Shown here: positions 28,480 through 37,742 of the stretch, one piece after another
How positions within the stretch are numbered: position 1 is the first letter of the stretch
Layout: each line of letters starts with the position of its first letter
DNA from: Candidatus Daviesbacteria bacterium
GTDB lineage: Bacteria > Patescibacteriota > Microgenomatia > Daviesbacterales > UBA10151
NCBI GenBank assembly: GCA_028715175.1
Contig: JAQUSJ010000001.1
Span: forward strand, 7,760 to 71,759
DNA: 64,000 nt
Reading direction: 5' to 3'
Translations under genes and position numbers: made by a program
Notes under the pieces: generated by a model
Databases searched by the model: none
What the model was told of the DNA's origin: nothing
Seen by the model: the letters and a program-made list of their open reading frames with translations, nothing else

Positions 28480-29691
28480 ATGGATAGATTTAAAAATTAT
28501 TTTTCAGGAATTAACCGGAACGTTGTTATTTTAGGCGTAGTTAGCTTATTAACTGATTTAAGCGGCCAGATGGTTTTTCCGTTGTTACCTTTGTATATTA
28601 CTACGGTTTTAGGCGGTGGAGCTGTAGCGGTCGGTTTGGTTGAAGGCGCAGCAGAGGCAACTGCCTCTCTTTTGAAAGTCGTTTCTGGTTATTGGTCGGA
28701 TAAAATCAGAAAAAGAAAGCCATTTGTTTTTTTTGGCTACACGCTGTCGGCTATAATGAAGCCGGTGTTGGTCTTTGCTGGAAATTGGTTTACAATCTTA
28801 GTAATCCGCATTGGCGACCGAATTGGTAAAGGTTTACGGGACGCACCGCGCGATGCGATTATTGCGGAATCAAACGACCGAGCAACTATAGGCAAGGCCT
28901 ATGGTTTTAACAGGGCTTTAGATGGATTAGGTTCAGTGGGTGGCGCAGTATTGGCATTTTTATTATTACCTGTTTTCGGCTTTGCAAATCTATTTAAATT
29001 GGCAGTCATTCCTGGCCTTATTTCGGTGGCAGTTATTTTTTTAGTCAAAGAACCGGCCAGGGTTGAAAAAGTTAAGAAAAAAATTTCCCTGCGATTGGGA
29101 TTTTCCGAATTAACCCGTGAGTTAAAAATATTTATACTAATCGCTACAATTTTTACTTTAGGAAACTATAATTATGCTTTTTTGATGCTAAGGGCGCAGG
29201 CTAACGGTCTGGACAATGAAAAAACCATCATGCTTTATGCGCTTTTTTATTTAATTTATACACTGCTATCGATGCGGGCAGGAATGCTATCTGATAAATT
29301 CGGGCGCAGACCAGTAATTTTGGCTGGTTATATTATATTCACCATACTTTCCTTCGGCTTATATCTGTTTAATGGTTTAACCTTCACTATTATTTCATTT
29401 GTCTTGTTCGGTATATTTTTCGCCTTGATCGATGGTGCTCAACGAGCCTTAGTCTCTGATTTATCACCGGTTGAAATTAAAGGAACAGCCCTGGGCACTT
29501 TTCATACCTTTACCGGTTTAGCTGCCATGCCAGCGGGCTTTATTGCCGGTCAGCTTTGGACCGTAATTAATTCTGGTGCGACATTTTTGTTTGGAACTAT
29601 AATCGGGATTATTTCTGTATCTGTATTTTATTTGCTACTTTATAAAGGCTACGGGTCGAAAAGAGAAGTTTTAACACACTCAAACGAATAA
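28480..29691 (+). CDS. MFS transporter
   Basis: 12-TM pattern, GYWSDKIRKRK, GMLSDKFGRR. Confidence 0.92.
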   Translation: MDRFKNYFSGINRNVVILGVVSLLTDLSGQMVFPLLPLYITTVLGGGAVAVGLVEGAAEATASLLKVVSGYWSDKIRKRKPFVFFGYTLSAIMKPVLVFAGNWFTILVIRIGDRIGKGLRDAPRDAIIAESNDRATIGKAYGFNRALDGLGSVGGAVLAFLLLPVFGFANLFKLAVIPGLISVAVIFLVKEPARVEKVKKKISLRLGFSELTRELKIFILIATIFTLGNYNYAFLMLRAQANGLDNEKTIMLYALFYLIYTLLSMRAGMLSDKFGRRPVILAGYIIFTILSFGLYLFNGLTFTIISFVLFGIFFALIDGAQRALVSDLSPVEIKGTALGTFHTFTGLAAMPAGFIAGQLWTVINSGATFLFGTIIGIISVSVFYLLLYKGYGSKREVLTHSNE

Positions 29692-29706
29692 TGATATAAT
29701 AATTTT

Positions 29707-29952
29707 ATGTTTGATTGGAATATCGCCAATCCAAACTTAAGTATCTTCTTGCTGATAGTTTGGGAGGCTTCGTGGAAAGGAATTGCTCTTTGGAAATCTG
29801 CCAAAAGAGGAGACAGGCTTTGGTTTGTTGCCATGTTTTTAATCAACTTTTTTGGACTCATCCCCATCTTTTACCTTTGGAGAACTAAACAATTAGAAGA
29901 CGTTTTAAAAGATTTTCAGAATTTCTTTAAATTAAGATTTAAGAGGAAATAA
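29707..29952 (+). CDS. DUF5652-like small membrane protein
   Basis: WKGIALWKSAK..WFVA. Confidence 0.75.
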   Translation: MFDWNIANPNLSIFLLIVWEASWKGIALWKSAKRGDRLWFVAMFLINFFGLIPIFYLWRTKQLEDVLKDFQNFFKLRFKRK

Positions 29953-29961
29953 ACAAGTTTG

Positions 29962-30588
29962 TTACTTCGTAATAAGCAGCAGATATTCTTTGTTCCCTGC
30001 TCCGCCTAAAATTGGTGACTCCATGCAATCGTTTATTGCAAATTGCAAATCGTTAATTGTTTTAATTATCTGATCTTTTACTTTTTCAGCGATCTCAGGA
30101 GACAAAACACCCTTTACTAAATCTTTTTTCTCAGCTTCGTAATGTGGTTTAAGCAAAGCGATAATAAACCCACCTGGCTTAAGGAATTTTTTAATCACTG
30201 GCAAAACCAGTTCCAGCTTAGTCCAGCCGGCATCAATAGTGACTAGATCTACTTTTTCCACCTCGGAGGAGCCAGAACCCACCCCCGAGGTGTCTTTAGC
30301 TTTCCCACCTTCCAGGTGGGCTTTGACTCCTGGAAGGTGTGCCAAATACAGAACATTTGTCCGCTCCATTACCACTACTCTTGGATCATTGCGCAGCTTC
30401 CAGGCCAGTTCTCCGTAAGAAGTATCCAGGGCATATACTTTTCTAGCCCCATTTTGCAGTAAACAATCTACAAATCCTCCGGTTGAAGAACCTACATCTA
30501 AAACAACTTTATCTGTAACATCAACTTTAAATTGATCTAAGGCTGCTTGAAGTTTGATTCCTCCTCTGGAAACAAATTGTCTATCCAT
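29962..30588 (-). CDS. tlyA: TlyA-family rRNA 2'-O-methyltransferase (no S4 domain)
   Basis: FVSRGGIKL, DVGSSTGGF, LKPHYE, GNKEYL; carries an in-frame palindromic insertion. Confidence 0.88.
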   Translation of the reverse strand: MDRQFVSRGGIKLQAALDQFKVDVTDKVVLDVGSSTGGFVDCLLQNGARKVYALDTSYGELAWKLRNDPRVVVMERTNVLYLAHLPGVKAHLEGGKAKDTSGVGSGSSEVEKVDLVTIDAGWTKLELVLPVIKKFLKPGGFIIALLKPHYEAEKKDLVKGVLSPEIAEKVKDQIIKTINDLQFAINDCMESPILGGAGNKEYLLLITK

Positions 30589-30985
30589 TTTTGATTTCTA
30601 AAGCCTTTTTTAAAAGTTCCTTATCCTGAGAAAAAGTTAACTGTTTTAAAGCGTCTTCCGGCTCGTACCAGCCGGATTCTTCCACCTCAAAGTCATGATC
30701 GGCAATATCACCTGAGACGTATTTCATTAAAAAATAAACCACCACTTTAAATATCCTCTCTCCTTTCAGGGTATAGACATATTTGGAATAACCTACTTTA
30801 CCGATAATTTCAGCCTCTATGCCCCCTTCTTCTTTAACTTCTCTTATGGCTGCTTCTTCACTGGTCTGCCCAGGATCAATCAAACCTTTGGGGAAGCTCC
30901 AGTGTTTATTTTGGGAATGCTTAGTCAAAAGCACCTGACCTTTTTCATTAAAAACTATTCCACCAGCACTAAATTCTCGTTTCAT
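30581..30985 (-). CDS. NUDIX hydrolase
   Basis: SAGGIV; Nudix box GLIDPGQTSEEAAIREVKEEGG. Confidence 0.92.
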   Translation of the reverse strand: MKREFSAGGIVFNEKGQVLLTKHSQNKHWSFPKGLIDPGQTSEEAAIREVKEEGGIEAEIIGKVGYSKYVYTLKGERIFKVVVYFLMKYVSGDIADHDFEVEESGWYEPEDALKQLTFSQDKELLKKALEIKNG

Positions 30986-30995
30986 GTTTTTAAGG

Positions 30996-31068
30996 CGTGC
31001 CCGAGAGGATTCGAACCTCCAATCCCGAGATCCGGAATCTCGTGCTTTGTCCATTGAGCCACGGGCAC
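30996..31068 (-). tRNA. tRNA-Arg(CCG)
   Basis: CGAGA-TTCCGGA-TCTCG; full cloverleaf. Confidence 0.92.
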
Positions 31069-31078
31069 ATACTGTAAG

Positions 31079-31165
31079 CGGTGGGAGCAGGATTCGAACC
31101 TGCGGTCACCTTTCGGCAACAGATGTTTTCGAAACATCCGCTCTAGGCCACTAAGCGATCCCACC
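31079..31165 (-). tRNA. tRNA-Ser(CGA)
   Basis: GATGT-TTCGAAA-ACATC; long variable arm. Confidence 0.92.
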
Positions 31166-31170
31166 CTCTG

Positions 31171-31244
31171 CACCCCTGAAAGGATTCGAACCTTCGACCT
31201 CAACGTCCGCAACGTTGCGCTCTAATCCGCTGAGCTACAGGGGT
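31171..31244 (-). tRNA. tRNA-Arg(GCG)
   Basis: CAACG-TTGCGGA-CGTTG; full cloverleaf. Confidence 0.92.
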
Positions 31245-31270
31245 AGGCACATGGGTATTTTAGCATTATT

Positions 31271-31338
31271 AGATTGCCACGGCCACTACGTGGCCTCGCA
31301 ATGACAATGTCTGAAAGCTGATAGCTGAAGACTGAAAG
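31271..31338. repeat. REP-like palindrome (31271-31305) next to a single CTGA-heptamer arm (31308-31338)
   Basis: agattgccacggccactacgtggcctcgcaatgac; ctgaaag ctgatag ctgaaga ctgaaag. Confidence 0.7.
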
Positions 31339-31920
31339 TTATCTATGTATATTTTCCAATGGAAAATGTTTTTGCAAGCCTTCTGACCATTTCTCCATCC
31401 ATGATTTATAAGGTACCTCCACAAAGGGTAAAAAGCGGGCAACAGTTTTTTTGACTTTCTCTTCATCTCCATCTTGCAGCACCAACATTAACTGAGCCGG
31501 AAAACGCAGTCTGGTTTGAATATGCAATATTTTTGATCCGTCTTTCTCTTTAAGCCAGAAGGCATCCAAAAAATGCCAGAAGTAGAAATCTTCGCCGATG
31601 GTAATCCCCTGGGTGGAAATCCGGTATTCTATATTATGCGGCGGTACAAAAGCCAATACATAAGCCACAAAGGCAAAAGATAAAATAGTGGCAATCAGTA
31701 AAAATTCTTTAGCTAAAAATAGTATTAAAACCAGCAAAATGACAATAATTGCTAAAGTGGTATAGTAAGACCTGTCTTTTTTTCTAAAAGGACGGGCCGG
31801 CGCCTTCCAGGAAAGTAAAGTTTTAATCTCTTCCGCCTCCATCATTTTAGGGGTAAAAAATTCTGGTCTGTTGGTTTCTATCGGGTCTTTCTTAGACTGC
31901 TTGGCGGTATCTTTGGGCAT
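31339..31920 (-). CDS. Conserved membrane protein (two TM plus PH-like domain)
   Basis: WKAPARPFRK, two TM helices, ISTQGI. Confidence 0.7.
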   Translation of the reverse strand: MPKDTAKQSKKDPIETNRPEFFTPKMMEAEEIKTLLSWKAPARPFRKKDRSYYTTLAIIVILLVLILFLAKEFLLIATILSFAFVAYVLAFVPPHNIEYRISTQGITIGEDFYFWHFLDAFWLKEKDGSKILHIQTRLRFPAQLMLVLQDGDEEKVKKTVARFLPFVEVPYKSWMEKWSEGLQKHFPLENIHR

Positions 31921-32003
31921 TTGTCTTTAGTTTAACTTTAAAAGGGTTCTATGTAAAGCGACATGGATTATCAAGTACTAGTTTGCTACAATTAGCTCCT
32001 AAG

Positions 32004-32091
32004 GGTGGGGTGCTTGGAGTGGTTTATCAGGTTGGTCTTGAAAACCAATGGCCGAGCAATCGGCCCGTGAGTTCGAATCTCACCCCCACCG
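32004..32091 (+). tRNA. tRNA-Ser(UGA)
   Basis: TTGGT-CTTGAAA-ACCAA; long variable arm. Confidence 0.92.
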
Positions 32092-32114
32092 CCCTTTGGT
32101 ATAATATCCCATAA

Positions 32115-32201
32115 GGAGAGGTCGCTTAGTGGCCTAGAGCGGCGCAGTGCTAATGCGTTGTCCCTGTAAGGGGACCGTGGGTTCGAATCCCACCCTCTCC
32201 G
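32115..32201 (+). tRNA. tRNA-Ser(GCU)
   Basis: GCGCA-GTGCTAA-TGCGT; long variable arm. Confidence 0.9.
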
Positions 32202-32241
32202 CAAATTTGATCTTCTCTCCAATATCCTATAAAATATTGCG

Positions 32242-32691
32242 ATGCGTTTAAAAGAATGTCTAGAGGGAACACCTATTTACCTTTGCGGAACTCCTGCTGT
32301 AGGATTTAGAGAGAGCTGGTACAATCGATTACGCGATGAAATATTTCTTCATCTTCAAGCTTTAAACGAGAAAACTCTTCTAAGAGGAAGTCATGCTGAA
32401 GATTTAAAGACGGTAGCCAGAACTGGTACTGACCAGCCATATTTATCGATGACATATGTGGTTCCTTGTATAGATATTTGTAGCATCGATTACCCCTTTG
32501 GAATAGCAACTACAATAATGCTTGTTTATCGATCTTCAGCGCTACGTGAAATGGCAGGAGATGCAGAAAACATGGGGGTGGACTTTAATAGATACGAGTT
32601 TATAACCGATCCAAAAGAAGCATTACTCGGAATAATTGACCTCCGGGAAGTTAAAAAACGACTTAAAACACTTCCGAGCATATGGGATTAA
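32242..32691 (+). CDS. Hypothetical protein
   Basis: 149-aa ORF with no recognised motif. Confidence 0.5.
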   Translation: MRLKECLEGTPIYLCGTPAVGFRESWYNRLRDEIFLHLQALNEKTLLRGSHAEDLKTVARTGTDQPYLSMTYVVPCIDICSIDYPFGIATTIMLVYRSSALREMAGDAENMGVDFNRYEFITDPKEALLGIIDLREVKKRLKTLPSIWD

Positions 32692-33390
32692 CTATCTAGC
32701 CAAAGTAAGCGCCCAGACTTTTTTGGCTCCAGCTCTTTTCAGTTCGTAACAACATTCCCGAAGGGTTGAACCGGTAGTCCAGACATCATCAATTAAAAGT
32801 ATGTAGGGAGTAGTTGGTAGTTGGGAGTTGGGAGAAAGCGCAAAAGCATTACGGATATTTTTGTGCCGATCATAACCTTTTAACTTAACTTGGGACTTTG
32901 TATAGCGAATACGTTTTATGCCGTCGCAATAAGCTAAACCTAATTTTTTGGATAACATTTGTCCTATAAGAGAGGACTGATTAAAACCCCTGCTGTTTTC
33001 TCTCCAGAAATGCAGCGGCACCGGAATTACTACCCAATCCTCTCCTCTGTTTTTCTTAATCTGGTCAAAAACAAACGGCTGGAATTTTGCCCAATATTCA
33101 ATGGTAATATCTACAAGAGTCTCTGCAAATCCTTTGACTTTACCATATTTAAGCTGCTTGATAGCTTCCCGGAGAGAACCCTGGTAAATCCCCAGACTCC
33201 AAAGCCCATCCAGACCATATTTTCTTTTGCAAATCGGGTGAGTTTGTCCGCCAACAGCCAGTCTTTCACATTTCGGGCAGACAAGATCGGTTTGTAAAAT
33301 ATCTGAAATACAATTTTTACAAAAATATGTATCAAATTTTCCGCAACCGACACATTTTTTAGGAAAAAGCAAATCTAAAATTAAATTCAT
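32692..33390 (-). CDS. comF: ComF-family phosphoribosyltransferase-like competence protein
   Basis: N-terminal double Zn finger, RGFNQS, LLIDDVWTTGST. Confidence 0.92.
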   Translation of the reverse strand: MNLILDLLFPKKCVGCGKFDTYFCKNCISDILQTDLVCPKCERLAVGGQTHPICKRKYGLDGLWSLGIYQGSLREAIKQLKYGKVKGFAETLVDITIEYWAKFQPFVFDQIKKNRGEDWVVIPVPLHFWRENSRGFNQSSLIGQMLSKKLGLAYCDGIKRIRYTKSQVKLKGYDRHKNIRNAFALSPNSQLPTTPYILLIDDVWTTGSTLRECCYELKRAGAKKVWALTLAR

Positions 33391-33432
33391 AATAGTTGAT
33401 TTTAGGCCTAATTTATGGTAATATAATGGCCT

Positions 33433-33851
33433 GGGGATGTATAGTCTCGACAGGATTGCTCTTTAAAAACTGCAAGCCGTTAAGGAAACATTAAACGTTA
33501 AATATTGTTTCAAAACACAAACGGCAATGATATTGCTCGTTACCTGAAGCAGTTCGCTGCTAAGATCGCAGGCGCTAACCCATTTATGGGTCAGCAACTC
33601 GCTTTCCGAATAGCTTATAGCTAAAGGTTACTTTAGAAATTGTTCTCTTTCTGACGGAACACTAAGGTACGTACAAAGTCAGGATGCTGTTAATACAATT
33701 TTGATCGATCAGTATTAACAAAAGAAAGTTTGGTCATTCAATAGTTTTCCTGCTAATTGGTTACAACTATTGAATAAAAATTAATTAGCTAAGCTTGTAG
33801 AAGTTTTTTTAGTTGCAATTTTGGACGGGGGTGCAAAACCCCCCATCTCCA
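33433..33851 (+). ncRNA. ssrA: tmRNA
   Basis: 5' GGGGATG..TCGAC, 3' GGACGGGGGTGCAAAACCCCCCATCTCCA with G3-U70; internal tag ORF; adjacent smpB. Confidence 0.92.
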
Positions 33852-33891
33852 CACCATTGACTATTGCTCCACAGTAGTATACGCTGAGAGC

Positions 33892-34359
33892 ATGAAAAAG
33901 AAGTGCATTAAGTGCCATAGAATATTTGTGGCATCCAGCAGACACAAACTGTGTCCATCTTGTAGGGGACAAATATACAAAAAGCCGTGTCCTAATTGCG
34001 GAAAACTTATCCAACCAAAATCATTTCTTTGTGGCAAATGCGACGGTACACACAGAAGGAAAAAAGATGGGTCTATTTATAATGATAGGAAAGGTTACGC
34101 TCTTATTTTATCAAGAGATCATCCGAGAGCATCAAATCGTTATGTTTTTGAACATATTTTGGTAATGGAGAAAAAATTGGGAAGACATTTATTGCCTAAT
34201 GAAAACATTCACCATAAGAACGGAGTTAAAAACGATAATCGTATTGAAAATTTGGAATTATGGGTTAGACCACAACCAACTGGAGTTAGGGCTAAAGATG
34301 CCATAATGTGGGCAAAGGAAATATTAAAAACTTACGGAAACGACGAAAATCAGTATTAA
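33892..34359 (+). CDS. HNH homing-endonuclease-like protein with N-terminal Zn ribbons
   Basis: YVFEHILVME, IHHKNGVKNDNRIENLELW; four CxxC motifs. Confidence 0.9.
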   Translation: MKKKCIKCHRIFVASSRHKLCPSCRGQIYKKPCPNCGKLIQPKSFLCGKCDGTHRRKKDGSIYNDRKGYALILSRDHPRASNRYVFEHILVMEKKLGRHLLPNENIHHKNGVKNDNRIENLELWVRPQPTGVRAKDAIMWAKEILKTYGNDENQY

Positions 34360-34371
34360 AAATACGTTTAC

Positions 34372-34401
34372 AAGATTGCTTCGCTAATCGCTCGCAATGA
34401 C
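34372..34401. repeat. REP-like palindrome
   Basis: agattgcttcgctaatcgctcgcaatgac, same ends as 31271-31305. Confidence 0.65.
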
Positions 34402-34412
34402 GTAAAAGCAAA

Positions 34413-34853
34413 TTATTCTTTTCCTCTTAGTTCCTGTTCTACTCTTCTTTGGTGATCCCGTTCTTTAAGTGCTTTTCTGTGATCAAATTCTTTTTTGCTT
34501 TTCGCCAAACCGATCTCCACTTTAAACCGGTTGTTTTTTTCATAAATGGAAACCGGCACCAGGGTTACGGATTTGCCGGAAGTTTTGCCTATCAAAGAAT
34601 TGATTTGATCCTTATGAAGCAGTAACTTCCTGCTTCTTCCCGCGTCATATTCCTTATCTGAAGCTTGAATATACAACGGGATATTGGCATTAATCAAAAA
34701 CGCCTCGCCGTTTAGAACCCTGACATGGCTTTCTCCTAAATCAATTCTCCCTGCTCTGATAGATTTAACCTCAGCGCCGGATAAAACAACCCCCGCTTCC
34801 AAATGCTCCAGAATGTGATAATTGTGAAGGGCTTTACGGTTGATAATTCTCAT
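34413..34853 (-). CDS. smpB: SsrA-binding protein
   Basis: NRKALHNY, EAGVVLSGAEVKSIR, RKLLLH. Confidence 0.96.
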   Translation of the reverse strand: MRIINRKALHNYHILEHLEAGVVLSGAEVKSIRAGRIDLGESHVRVLNGEAFLINANIPLYIQASDKEYDAGRSRKLLLHKDQINSLIGKTSGKSVTLVPVSIYEKNNRFKVEIGLAKSKKEFDHRKALKERDHQRRVEQELRGKE

Positions 34854-34868
34854 AGCGACAATGGATTA

Positions 34869-34975
34869 TAGAAAATGGAAGATAGTATTTTGAAAATAGA
34901 TTATCGAAGATAGAGAATAATCTAACCTCTACTTTCCACCTTCTACCACTATTTTCTACATTCTACCACCTATCG
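34869..34975. repeat. Degenerate 7-nt-period hairpin
   Basis: tagaaaa tggaaga tagtatt... / ...tctactt tccacct tctacca... Confidence 0.55.
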
Positions 34976-34977
34976 TC

Positions 34978-36846
34978 CTATTTTAAATCTGCAGTATATA
35001 TCTTACTCCCCTCAATTAAATAAACTTTTTTATTTTTCTCATCCACCACCAAATCCGTGGCTACGCCAAACTTAGCCCCGGTAATTTGTCCTTTGTAACT
35101 GCCTGTTTTAGTTAGAATCAAAAGCCGGGAATTGCCGGAATCCAAAAGATAAAGATTATCGGTATCGGATGAGGTAAATATGCTTTTCGGATCTTTAACC
35201 CCGGAGGGTAGCCCGGAATAGGAAAAATTATCTTTATTACCTTTGGTAAACCTCAAAATTTCTCCTCCGTTTTTAAGAACATAAACCGAGGATTCAATCT
35301 GCATCCTCAAAGTACCGCTTAAATCAACCTTGGTCTCTTTGCTTAGATATTCCCTTTTGTCCGAATATCCTTCAGCGGCGGGCAAGTATTTCCAGATTTG
35401 CCCTGAGCCTGCCGAAGGATTACCGGAGTCCAAAAGATAAACATTGCCGGCAAAACCGTAAATATCTTTAATATCTCCCCAATCACTATCTTTTTTGGCA
35501 ACAGTAGTTAGTTTTGAATTTGCTATATCTACCTTCAAAATGCCTTTATCCTGTGAATAGACAAACGAGAACCCTCCGTTGATCGAAGCAAAAGAAGCTT
35601 CGCCCAATTTTTCGCTCCCTGCCAGAATTTGATTGCTCTTTTTTGCCAAGTCTACCACCGCCAGTGTTTTGACTCCCTGATCCAGCAATAATAATTTACC
35701 TCCTGACAAACTCATTTGGGTAGCCTGAAAATTTTTCTTGACTAAATCCATATCCAGAAATACCGGAAAATCAAAAACGCTTGATTGTTGCAAAATTCCA
35801 GCAGAATCCTGCTCAATCTGATTCTTAAAACTCAAGGCTTCCTGGTCTTTCGGTTTAAGAACCAGCGCTTTATTGACTTTATCCTGAGCCGTATCCAGTT
35901 TATTTTTGGCGTCAGTTGGGTTTAAGCTGGCAATAGCTTTGGCAGAGTTAAAATCGTCTTTTGCCTGCTGCAAAAGCTCGCTAAACTGCGTTTGCCTTTC
36001 GCGGTCGCGACTCAACTTATATTTGTAGCCAATACCGGAAGCAATAATTAAAAGCAGCACGACTGCCAAAATTAACCTGCCTCTGCCGCTTTTTGGGAAA
36101 TATGTCTTTAACCATTTGGATAAACGGAAAGCGTAACTCGCAATAGCTTTAACTGGCAGCGATATTTTCTTCGCAGAGTCTTCGCTAATGTTTTGTTCTA
36201 CCAGATTCACTTCTTCTTCTCGGGGAGACAGAGGTGAAATTTCCGTATCTTCTTCCGTAATAGCTACTGCCAAAGCAGCCAATCCCTGGTTGTCTAACTC
36301 GGAGGCGCCAATTTTACTTTCAATTTCTTCTTCAAAACTTTCAATTGGCAAATCCAGAGATTTTTCCAACTCCGATCCCAAAAAAGTGATAAAACTTTTT
36401 GTGGAAATAAGCAATTTGTCGCCGTCTTCCAAAAATCCGGAAACGAGACAAGCTTCTTGCTTTGCAGCAGACTGCGAGGGAGTGCCGACCGATAAAAGTG
36501 ATAACAACTTATCTTTACGTTTTAAGTTAACTTCAACCTGACCTTTACCAATCAGATACAGTATCTTGCCGGAAATAACTGCTAAACCTAAACTAAAATC
36601 TTCTTCCCCTAAAAATTTTTCCTCAAACTCCTTAAAAGTAGCAGTTAATTTCTCTCCTGCTCCGCCTTCTGACTCAAAATAAAAATCTTCAATTTCGGAA
36701 AGCGCGGCTCTGCCTTTGGTAAAAGCATCGTCGGAAATCAATTCCAAAACTGCCAAAAAAGTACTATCCTCCCGTACCGCCGAAGCTGCTTGAGCAGCTT
36801 TTTGATCAGTATTTAATCCAATAACCTGCGCTATTTTTAATTTCAT
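34978..36846 (-). CDS. Membrane protein: degenerate PP2C-like N-terminus, TM, coiled coil, NHL-type beta-propeller
   Basis: SGFLEDGDKLLIST; repeated YLLDSG blades. Confidence 0.7.
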   Translation of the reverse strand: MKLKIAQVIGLNTDQKAAQAASAVREDSTFLAVLELISDDAFTKGRAALSEIEDFYFESEGGAGEKLTATFKEFEEKFLGEEDFSLGLAVISGKILYLIGKGQVEVNLKRKDKLLSLLSVGTPSQSAAKQEACLVSGFLEDGDKLLISTKSFITFLGSELEKSLDLPIESFEEEIESKIGASELDNQGLAALAVAITEEDTEISPLSPREEEVNLVEQNISEDSAKKISLPVKAIASYAFRLSKWLKTYFPKSGRGRLILAVVLLLIIASGIGYKYKLSRDRERQTQFSELLQQAKDDFNSAKAIASLNPTDAKNKLDTAQDKVNKALVLKPKDQEALSFKNQIEQDSAGILQQSSVFDFPVFLDMDLVKKNFQATQMSLSGGKLLLLDQGVKTLAVVDLAKKSNQILAGSEKLGEASFASINGGFSFVYSQDKGILKVDIANSKLTTVAKKDSDWGDIKDIYGFAGNVYLLDSGNPSAGSGQIWKYLPAAEGYSDKREYLSKETKVDLSGTLRMQIESSVYVLKNGGEILRFTKGNKDNFSYSGLPSGVKDPKSIFTSSDTDNLYLLDSGNSRLLILTKTGSYKGQITGAKFGVATDLVVDEKNKKVYLIEGSKIYTADLK

Positions 36847-37082
36847 CAGAGTATCCCCCAAGCCAAAATTATGAATCCGATAGCCAATCCAGCATGCACA
36901 ATAGCTATCGCTCTGAGTAAAGGCGAAATTCTTGTTATAAGAGTCTTGCTCATTAAATCAACTTGTCTAACAATAATCAAGGAAAATATAGCGTAAAATA
37001 TCAAAATTAGCAAAATTGCACCTTTGGTAAAGATCAAAATATAATCATTGCTTATTAAGCTTTGTGTTACAGTTGTAGGCAT
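36846..37082 (-). CDS. DUF5657-like small membrane protein
   Basis: FYAIFSLIIVRQVDLMSKTL. Confidence 0.7.
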   Translation of the reverse strand: MPTTVTQSLISNDYILIFTKGAILLILIFYAIFSLIIVRQVDLMSKTLITRISPLLRAIAIVHAGLAIGFIILAWGIL

Positions 37083-37089
37083 TGTTTCC

Positions 37090-37647
37090 CTATTCCGGAA
37101 CCACACGAGTGTATGGTTTTCCGATTAAATCCAGGATTATATCTGCAACCGTCGCCGGATGTGGAATATTGTGCATCTCTATAGCGACAGTCGCGCCGGC
37201 TGTTTGAACTTTGACATTGCCGAAATTAAATAAAGTCCCGAGTATGCCGGCAGTGACAGAATCGGTTTCTTCTATTTTTGGTAGCGGCGCCAAATCAACC
37301 GCTTTATAAAGCAGATATTCAAACTCCATATCAATAATTTTTTCATTAGTGACAATAGAGACATTAAAATACCAATTCAAAAATCCTTCAAAAACAACTA
37401 TCAGGACAAAAAGGTAATTGATGATTATCCCTGCCAACTGATAGGTTTCCGGAAACAAGGCCAGATCAAAACCTATCAGAGGAACTATCTTAAACACTGC
37501 AAAAGGAATAAAAAAAATAAATATCGAAAGAGCGATCCAGGACAAATTGGTAATCGGGTGAGCGCGTAACAAAAGCAGTATCTTCTCATTAGGGTCCTGC
37601 CCTTCGAAACGGCAATTGCTGGGCCGCTCAATATATGCGGAAAACAT
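37090..37647 (-). CDS. Bacterial PH-domain membrane protein
   Basis: LRAHP, IVTNEKIID, FNFGNVKVQTAG. Confidence 0.8.
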   Translation of the reverse strand: MFSAYIERPSNCRFEGQDPNEKILLLLRAHPITNLSWIALSIFIFFIPFAVFKIVPLIGFDLALFPETYQLAGIIINYLFVLIVVFEGFLNWYFNVSIVTNEKIIDMEFEYLLYKAVDLAPLPKIEETDSVTAGILGTLFNFGNVKVQTAGATVAIEMHNIPHPATVADIILDLIGKPYTRVVPE

Positions 37648-37668
37648 TAAGCCAAGTATAACATAGTA

Positions 37669-37742
37669 GTCGTCAGCTATCAGTCTTCAGCTTTCAGACT
37701 TTTTTGAATCTGTCTGACGACTGACGTCTGATAACTGATAGC
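37669..37742. repeat. TCAG/CTGA heptamer hairpin
   Basis: gtcgtca gctatca gtcttca gctttca gac ... gtctgacga ctgacgt ctgataa ctgatagc. Confidence 0.8.

Noticed and set aside
32004-32091. Selenocysteine or opal-suppressor tRNA
   Set aside because: The anticodon is UGA (reads UCA, Ser), not UCA; it has an ordinary tRNA-Ser structure.
30982-32222. ORFs 30982-31212, 31269-31472 and 31992-32222
   Set aside because: They overlap tRNA genes, repeats or a better-supported CDS.
33781-34165. ORFs overlapping the tmRNA 3' end and the HNH gene
   Set aside because: Antisense or alternate-frame artefacts.
37669-37742. Heptamer arrays as CRISPR arrays
   Set aside because: The units are 7 nt with no unique spacers, and no cas genes are present.
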